From an uncultured bacterium (GTDB taxonomy: Bacteria > SAR324 > NAC60-12): a stretch of DNA of 53,684 bases. Of the stretch, positions 47,329-53,684 are shown piece after piece. The stretch's first letter is position 1; every line of letters begins with the position of its first letter. The notes below the pieces were generated by a model. That model did not search any database. It was given only the letters and a program-made list of their open reading frames with translations, and was not told where the DNA came from. The DNA is taken from positions 1-53,684 of the forward strand of contig CAXGMD010000012.1 in the NCBI GenBank assembly GCA_964010765.1. Direction: 5' to 3'. Made by a program: the position numbers and the translations under genes.

Positions 47329-48615
47329 CTATCTAGACTGGGGAATAGGGTGACGTCGGTTCTTTATTGTTGGCCTTCCGGGTAAATTCATCGTTGCATC
47401 AGCCCTTGGCTGAGTACTCACCAGTTTTCCCTTCGAAATGACAGCCAACCTTGCTGGTCGCAATCGGAGAGCATCAATTGGATCAGCGGCATCCAAAACC
47501 ACCAGAGAAGCTTGCTTGCCTACCCCAAGACCATAGTCCTCAAGATGCATGATCTTGGCGTTCGTTTCGGTGACCATTTCGAAACATCGCGCCATTTCTT
47601 CAGGACTAGTCATCTGGGCAACGTGCATGCCCATGAAGGCCACATCTAGCATATCTGCGGTGCCTAGCGCGTACCAAGGATCGCGTACGCAATCTTGCCC
47701 CCAACCGACATCAATCCCCTGTGCCTGCATTTCCCGCACACGGGTTAAGCCGCGTCTTTTTGGAAAAATGTCGTGTCGGCCCTGAAGCGTGATGTTGATC
47801 AGTGGATTCGAAATTGCCTGAAGTCCAGCTTCAGCCATCAAAGGCAGCAGCTTGGATACATAATAATTATCCATTGAATGCATCGAAGTCAGGTGGCTGC
47901 CCACTACTCTCCCATGCAGGCCTAGAACAGTGGTTTCCGCTGCGAGTGACTCCACATGGCGTGACATTGGATCGTCGCTCTCATCACAGTGCATGTCTAC
48001 AAGCAGACCTCGATCTGCAGCGATACGGCACAACTCCTGGACTGATCTTCGACCATCCTCCATCGTCCGTTCAAAATGAGGAATCCCTCCAACCACATCG
48101 AGGCCCATGTCCAAAGCTCGGATTAAATTTTCTCGACCATTTGGTGCTCGAAAAAAACCATCTTGCGGAAAGGCTACTAGTTGTAGATCCAAATATCCTT
48201 TCACTTGCTCACGTACTTCGAGCATTGCCTCAGCGGTCCTCAGGTGATCAGCCGTGGTATCTACATGACTTCGGATAGCGAGCAGGCCCATGGAAACCGC
48301 CCAATCACAGTATGCCAAGCCACGATCTACCATCTCTTCAACGGTTGCTATCTCAAGCAATTCTCCCCAGAGAGAAATGCCTTCCAACAATGTTCCAGAT
48401 TTGTTCAGGCGTGGAGTTCCATAGGACAAAGTGGCATCCATGTGAAAATGCGGATCCACGAAAGGAGGAGACACCAGGTCCCCCTGAGCTTCGATAAGTA
48501 TTTCAGTTGGACTGTTTAGATCTTTCTCCATCGCCGAAATTTTTGTCCCTTCGATGCCAATATCTAGAACTCGACCATCTGGCAAGGTTCCTCCCTTCAC
48601 AATGATGTCAAACAT
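47329..48615 (-). CDS. codA: Cytosine deaminase-like amidohydrolase
   Basis: PPFVDPHFHMD, SGTLLEGI..W, IRSHVD, VAFPQDG, GGIPHFE, HCDE, GQD...DPWY. Start MFDIIV at 48615 (TAATG overlap). Confidence 0.9.
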   Translation of the reverse strand: MFDIIVKGGTLPDGRVLDIGIEGTKISAMEKDLNSPTEILIEAQGDLVSPPFVDPHFHMDATLSYGTPRLNKSGTLLEGISLWGELLEIATVEEMVDRGLAYCDWAVSMGLLAIRSHVDTTADHLRTAEAMLEVREQVKGYLDLQLVAFPQDGFFRAPNGRENLIRALDMGLDVVGGIPHFERTMEDGRRSVQELCRIAADRGLLVDMHCDESDDPMSRHVESLAAETTVLGLHGRVVGSHLTSMHSMDNYYVSKLLPLMAEAGLQAISNPLINITLQGRHDIFPKRRGLTRVREMQAQGIDVGWGQDCVRDPWYALGTADMLDVAFMGMHVAQMTSPEEMARCFEMVTETNAKIMHLEDYGLGVGKQASLVVLDAADPIDALRLRPARLAVISKGKLVSTQPRADATMNLPGRPTIKNRRHPIPQSR

Positions 48616-49559
48616 TAGCGCTCTCCTTTGTAGAAGGGTACCATCAATGCTGCTGGGACCTCTGCTTTCCGAGACATAACCACCAAAGCAGCGATGGACA
48701 AGAAATAGGGCATCATTAAGAAAATCTGATAGGGAATGTCTGCTCCGATGGTGCTCTGCTGAAGCCGAATCTGAAAGGCATCGAAAGCCGCAAATAGAAT
48801 TGCTCCCAAGAAGGCTTTGTGAGGTTTCCAGGCGCCGAAGACAACGAGTGCAATGCAAACCCAACCACGGCCATTGACCATCCCAAAAAAGAAACTATCA
48901 AAGGCTGAAAGAGTCAAAAAGGCACCCCCCAGTGCCATTAGACCTGATCCAACCACTACCGCACCTATCCGTAACCCAAGCACAGATAGCCCCTGAGCTG
49001 CAACAGAAGATGGATTTTCTCCAACAGCCCTGAGAGCTAGACCCAGTGGAGTCCTGTACAATACAAATGAAGTGATCAGTACTGTTGCAATAGCTAAATA
49101 AGTTAGGGGAGTCTGTTCAGCCATGGCAGGCCCTAGGATTGGGATGTAAGCTAAAATGGCGACAGAGATAGGCTGGAAGGCCTCGATCTTTGGTGGAGAA
49201 GTTACCTCAGGTAAAGCCACTCGGTAGGCATAATAAGTCAGCGATGTTGCCAAAAGTGTGATTCCCAGACCCACCACATGCTGGGATAATCCCAAGCTGA
49301 CGGTCATGCTCGCATGAAGTAACCCTAAGAACATTCCAACCACGAAAGCCAGTAGTACCCCACCCCAAAGACCCATACCAATGTAAGCCCCAAACCAACC
49401 AACGAAGGCTCCAGCGACCATGATTCCCTCGATACCGAGGTTGAGAACACCGGCTCGTTCACAAATCAACTCTCCCATAGTTGCTAGAATTAATGGGCTT
49501 GCGATTCGGATCGCTGCAGTCCAGAAACTTGCAGTCAGAAAAATTTCTAATATCTCCAT
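48615..49559 (-). CDS. Nucleoside-type ABC transporter permease
   Basis: GE..ERAGVLNLGIEG.M, GL.LRAVGENP, GRGW..IALV.FG.W.P. Confidence 0.92.
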   Translation of the reverse strand: MEILEIFLTASFWTAAIRIASPLILATMGELICERAGVLNLGIEGIMVAGAFVGWFGAYIGMGLWGGVLLAFVVGMFLGLLHASMTVSLGLSQHVVGLGITLLATSLTYYAYRVALPEVTSPPKIEAFQPISVAILAYIPILGPAMAEQTPLTYLAIATVLITSFVLYRTPLGLALRAVGENPSSVAAQGLSVLGLRIGAVVVGSGLMALGGAFLTLSAFDSFFFGMVNGRGWVCIALVVFGAWKPHKAFLGAILFAAFDAFQIRLQQSTIGADIPYQIFLMMPYFLSIAALVVMSRKAEVPAALMVPFYKGER

Positions 49560-49562
49560 GAA

Positions 49563-50612
49563 TTAATCCCGCATGATCCGGAACTTTGTTAGTAATACAG
49601 CAACCACCATTAGAAGCAGTGCAGTAGCGAGCATGATATCTGCGAGATAGGTGGGAACTCCGGCTGCCCGGCTCATACTGTCAGCCCCCACAAAAACACC
49701 TGCAACAAACAGAGCCGCCACGACAACCCCCAGAGGATGTAGCAAGGCCAGCATGGCTACAATGATTCCGGAATAACCAAAGCCGGGTGAAAGATCAAGA
49801 GTCAGGGTGCCTTTGAGGCCGGCTACTTCGGAGAACCCAGCTAGGGCAGCGAGCCCTCCTGATAGCAGTGCTGTTTGAGTCATGATTAAATTTACAGGCA
49901 TTCCTGCATATCTTGCCGCCTCAGGGTTGTAGCCCACGGCCCTCATAGCGTAACCAAAAGTAGTTTTTATGTTCACGATCCAGATAACGAAAGCTGCAAT
50001 TAAAGCAATCCCAAAACCCCAGTGCAATCGTAGCCCATCAACAATTCTTGGTAGACGGGCCTCTGCAAGCAAACGGGCGGACTTGGGCCAACCCATTCCC
50101 ATTGGATCTTTGAGAGGGCCTTCAAGCAACAGAGAAACGAGTAGGAGGAAAATAAAATTGAGCAAGAGAGTAGTAACGACTTCATCCACACCTAACCTGG
50201 TTTTCAGGAGAGTAGGGATTAGAAGTAACATCGCACCCGCTGACATGGAACAGATGATCATTGCGGGAATGAGTGCTGGAGCAGACCAGGCGAGGGCGCC
50301 TGTACCCATTAGTACGGCTACAATGGCACCTGAATATAGCTGTGCTTCGGCTCCGATGTTCCATAACTTGGCACGAAAAGCTACCGCAACTGCCAGTCCC
50401 GTGAAGATTAACGGTGTTGCACGATTTAGAGTTTCAAGCAGGGCAAACTTAGAACCCACTGCACCTTTAATGATCAACCCCAAGACAGCGAAAGGATTCC
50501 CCCCAGCAACCATCGCGAGAAAGGATGCGATGAAGACGGTAGCGGTTAGTGCTAAAATCGGTGGTAGGAATCTCCTGGACAGGCTTGGATGTGGGATCAC
50601 TTCAAGACGCAT
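49563..50612 (-). CDS. Nucleoside-type ABC transporter permease
   Basis: ATPLIFTGLAVAVAFRA.LWNIGAEAQ, EVVTTLLLN, G.GYSGI.VA.LA. Start MRLEV at 50612. Confidence 0.92.
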   Translation of the reverse strand: MRLEVIPHPSLSRRFLPPILALTATVFIASFLAMVAGGNPFAVLGLIIKGAVGSKFALLETLNRATPLIFTGLAVAVAFRAKLWNIGAEAQLYSGAIVAVLMGTGALAWSAPALIPAMIICSMSAGAMLLLIPTLLKTRLGVDEVVTTLLLNFIFLLLVSLLLEGPLKDPMGMGWPKSARLLAEARLPRIVDGLRLHWGFGIALIAAFVIWIVNIKTTFGYAMRAVGYNPEAARYAGMPVNLIMTQTALLSGGLAALAGFSEVAGLKGTLTLDLSPGFGYSGIIVAMLALLHPLGVVVAALFVAGVFVGADSMSRAAGVPTYLADIMLATALLLMVVAVLLTKFRIMRD

Positions 50613-52137
50613 GCATAGACTCTTGCTTGGCGAATGCAGCCCCAGACATCCAACCACCCAACTCAGTAGGTGTTACTTTACCTCGTTGAAAAGGAGGGCT
50701 AACTCTGCCTTCTGAGGAAACATGAATGATGTCTGATAATTTGAGAATCTCATCCAAATCTTCGGAAATTAGTAGAATGGCCGCACCTTTTTGACGGGCT
50801 TCCAATAATTCCTTGTGGACGTAGTGGACAGCTCCAATATCCAAGCCGCGTGAGGGTTGATGTGCAAGGATCACTCGGGGGTCGTTCTGGAGCACACGCC
50901 CCAAAATGAGTTTTTGCATGTTCCCCCCTGAAAGGAAACGTATTCTCGTATCCGGACCAGGGCAACGAACATCGTATTGCTTGATGAGTTCCTGTGTAAA
51001 ACCTACTGCGGCTTGCCAATTGACCCACCCATGGCGAGCAAATGGCTGATCACGATATCTTTCAATGATGGAATTTTCCGTCAATGAAAAATCAGCGATC
51101 GTCCCGGCATGATGTCGGTCTTCAGGAATTCTCGCGATACCACTAAGAACCGATTGGCGTGGAGACCAACGGTTTATCGGTTTTCCATCCAAATGCAGTT
51201 TCCCTTGAGAGGGAGTGATCAGTCCTGCAACCAAATCTGCAATTGATGTTTGCCCGTTACCAGAGACACCAGCCAACCCCACAATTTCGCCGGAGCAAAG
51301 CCTCAAAGACACATTCTGCAGGCCCTTTGATTGATGCTGAGTATCAGTGGATACATTCAATAACTCCATTAGTACAGGTCCGGACTCTCTTTTTGTAACC
51401 GCTGTGGGGTTGATCGGGTTCCCAACCATCAAAGCAGCTAATTCATTTGGGCTGGTTTCTTTGGTTTCTTTGGTAGCTACGAGTTTCCCATGACGAAGAA
51501 TGGCCACTTTCTGGGCAATTTTCATTACCTCATGGAGTTTGTGGCTGATGAAGATTATAGATAGTCCTTGTTCTGTAGCTTCCGTTAAGGTCTCAAAAAG
51601 TGATTCGGTTTCTTGAGGAGTCAGGACAGCGGTTGGTTCATCAAGGATCAGGATCTTAGCTTGTCGGAACAAAGCTTTGAGAATCTCTACTCGTTGACGC
51701 TCTCCCACACTCAGAGAAGAGACTTTCGCATCAGGATTGATCTTCAGGTGATACCGATTGGCAAGTTCGAGGAGTTGCTGGCGGGCTAGCTTGTATCGTA
51801 GCTTCCAGGACCAGAGAGAACTGGTCCCAAGAATGACGTTCTCAAGAACGGAGAGATTGTGTGCGAGAGTGAAATGTTGGTGAACCATTCCAACTCCGGC
51901 ATCCAAAGCCGCACGGGCCATCCCTGGTGGAAGAGTTTTGCCAAAAACCTCCACCCTTCCGGAATCGGCGGTGTATTGACCAAAAAGGATGTTCATCAAG
52001 GTGGTTTTGCCTGCACCATTCTCACCCAGCAGCGCAAGTACCTCACCCTTCTCTAAATTCAGGCTGACATTTTCATTCGCCTTGAGGGCTCCAAAATTCT
52101 TGGTGATCCCCTCAAGACGAAGAACGACTTCTCCCAC
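50602..52137 (-). CDS. Nucleoside/sugar ABC ATPase (two NBDs)
   Basis: GENGAGKTT, GMVHQHF, LSVGERQRVEI, LDEPTAVL, LSGGNMQK, ISEDLDE. Confidence 0.95.
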   Translation of the reverse strand: MGEVVLRLEGITKNFGALKANENVSLNLEKGEVLALLGENGAGKTTLMNILFGQYTADSGRVEVFGKTLPPGMARAALDAGVGMVHQHFTLAHNLSVLENVILGTSSLWSWKLRYKLARQQLLELANRYHLKINPDAKVSSLSVGERQRVEILKALFRQAKILILDEPTAVLTPQETESLFETLTEATEQGLSIIFISHKLHEVMKIAQKVAILRHGKLVATKETKETSPNELAALMVGNPINPTAVTKRESGPVLMELLNVSTDTQHQSKGLQNVSLRLCSGEIVGLAGVSGNGQTSIADLVAGLITPSQGKLHLDGKPINRWSPRQSVLSGIARIPEDRHHAGTIADFSLTENSIIERYRDQPFARHGWVNWQAAVGFTQELIKQYDVRCPGPDTRIRFLSGGNMQKLILGRVLQNDPRVILAHQPSRGLDIGAVHYVHKELLEARQKGAAILLISEDLDEILKLSDIIHVSSEGRVSPPFQRGKVTPTELGGWMSGAAFAKQESMHAS

Positions 52138-52158
52138 TTTAGAGAGCTTTAAAGTGGA

Positions 52159-53184
52159 TCAGCTAGATTTTGGTTCGTTGTCATTGATCGTGACAGTGTA
52201 GCTACCGTTTTTGATCTCTGCAGTCCGCTTTGCAACCATATCAACAGCCTTCTGTGGTATCTTACCGGCGAAAGTACCGTATGGTGCAAGTGTACATCCT
52301 CCATTCTTCATGAACGAATAGATGCCATAATCCGCAGCTTTGAAATTCCCTGCTTGAACGGCAGCAACAGCAGCATCCATTGTCGGTTCAAAATGCCAAA
52401 TGGCTGATGCGACCACGGTGCTTGGGTACTGATCTTGGGTGTCGATCACGTTGCCAATAGCCAAAATGCCCCTCTCTTTAGCTGCATCCGAGACACCAAA
52501 GCGCTCTGCATACAGAAGGTCGGCGCCTCCTTCGATCATAGCAAACGCAGTTTCTTTGGCCTTCGGTGGGTCAAACCATGAGCCGATAAAAGAGACTTGA
52601 AAACGAATGTTAGGATTCATCTCTCGTGCTCCTGCCATGAAGGCATGCATCAATCGATTCACCTCGGGAATTGGGAATCCACCAACCATTCCGATGTTAC
52701 CAGACTTTGTCATTGCCCCAGCAATAATACCCGACAAATACGAGGCATCCTGGATGTAGTTATCGAAGACGGCTAGATTGGGCAGACTTGGGTCTTCCTT
52801 GAAAGATGATCCCATCAAAAAAGCAACTTCGGGGTATTCTGCCACAACCTCTCTTGCTTCTGATTCGGCACCAAAAATTTCTCCGATGATTAGAGTGTTT
52901 CCTTGCTCTGCATATTCCCTCATCACTCTTGGATAGTCAGTGTTGGCAGTATTTTCTGTAAACGTGTAGGCGATGTCACCTCGTGACTGTGCTGCCAACG
53001 CCGCTTTGTGAATTCGACTTACCCACTGCTGCTCAACGGGGACTGTGTAGATGCCAGCAGCCTTGATTGGGTCTTTTGCCGAGGCCAAGGGCAAGATTCC
53101 GAGGCTCGGTGCAAGCACGAAAGCGCTGGCTGTGCCTTTGATCAATGTTCGTCTAGAGATTTTCAGCGACTGATGACTACTCAT
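52159..53184 (-). CDS. BMP-family ABC substrate-binding protein (Tat signal)
   Basis: SRRTLIK Tat motif, YL.G.IAG.MTKS..IG.VGG..IPEV, GSWFDP.K.KE.A. Confidence 0.92.
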   Translation of the reverse strand: MSSHQSLKISRRTLIKGTASAFVLAPSLGILPLASAKDPIKAAGIYTVPVEQQWVSRIHKAALAAQSRGDIAYTFTENTANTDYPRVMREYAEQGNTLIIGEIFGAESEAREVVAEYPEVAFLMGSSFKEDPSLPNLAVFDNYIQDASYLSGIIAGAMTKSGNIGMVGGFPIPEVNRLMHAFMAGAREMNPNIRFQVSFIGSWFDPPKAKETAFAMIEGGADLLYAERFGVSDAAKERGILAIGNVIDTQDQYPSTVVASAIWHFEPTMDAAVAAVQAGNFKAADYGIYSFMKNGGCTLAPYGTFAGKIPQKAVDMVAKRTAEIKNGSYTVTINDNEPKSS

Positions 53185-53684
53185 TTTACCTCATGTTTTG
53201 GAAAAAGTGACGGATTATCATTACAGACTTTGAAAGGTTGATGCTGATGATCTACCCGAAAGCCTTCACCTTAAATCAAGGGCCCAAGTATGGTGGCTAA
53301 TGCCCGACTTGGCAATACAAAGAATATGAATTCTGTTTTAGAATATGGGGGAACTGATCAGGAAGGGAGTTGAATCAATTGGACGTTTTACCGGCGGAGT
53401 TCGGTGATTTCCTAAACATTGGCAGTACCAAGCTGGATGCCAAAAGAGTTTCGAATGTCAGTTGTAAAAGTAGCAATGTGAATGTCAGTTAAGTATTCAA
53501 ATTTTGGTATATATATGCTCCATCCCGCGTAATTTAAATCGCTATTTCTTCAATTGGCAGATTTTCATACTCTCCTCGAAGTTTTTGGGCTGCAGTATGA
53601 CCATACTCTTAGGCCCGACACATTCTACCATGGTATTTTGGGGGTTGGCGCATTTGCGTCGTTTATACAAATGAAGGAATCTCC

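Noticed and set aside
48616..48864. N-terminal extension of codA in the ORF track (similar over-extensions for pncA, crotonase, YbgC, HAD)
   Set aside because: The extensions overlap upstream genes and lack family similarity; internal ATGs match family N-termini.
49969..50715. 248-aa plus-strand ORF
   Set aside because: Antisense shadow of the hydrophobic ABC permease; no motifs.
53427..53442. Sigma54-like TGGCAT-N5-TTGG on the minus strand
   Set aside because: The -12 element is GG rather than the near-invariant GC.
1..53684. parS, integrase, transposase, rRNA, selenocysteine recoding
   Set aside because: None found by eye; the GPx active-site codon is TGT. A motif scan would be needed to fully exclude degenerate parS sites.

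Overview
Gene-dense 53.7-kb bacterial chromosomal segment made mostly of core and metabolic genes. Gene content (hrcA/CIRCE, stand-alone rfaE2, frameshifted prfB, bat genes) suggests a Deltaproteobacteria-like, possibly marine SAR324-type, organism; this is inference. In order: partial dsbD; an orphan REC-PAS-like-wHTH regulator and orphan ParA; a minus-strand apt-rfaE2-hldD-HAD-small membrane protein-SSS-rppH operon; an unlisted 45-aa DUF2256-type Cys4 protein; YbbP-like permease; pncA; ABC exporter; azlCD; a two-subunit CoA-transferase with enoyl-CoA hydratase; a heat-shock run (htpG, lon, ABC1 kinase, repeat protein, CIRCE-hrcA-grpE-dnaK-dnaJ-rraA); rpsA, yajQ, prfB (+1 frameshift at CTT TGA A); agmatine deiminase; a partial bat cluster; NudL; a solo HEPN protein; tRNA-Leu(TAG); a pentapeptide-repeat protein; and a BMP-type nucleoside ABC transporter with cytosine deaminase. 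No integrase, transposase, CRISPR array or rRNA was seen. Best leads for novelty: the ABC1 kinase coupled to a novel triple-repeat/polyproline protein, a ParA lacking both DNA-binding arginines, a switch-like RNA upstream of apt, and a degenerate solo HEPN. All calls come from motif recognition by eye, not database searches.
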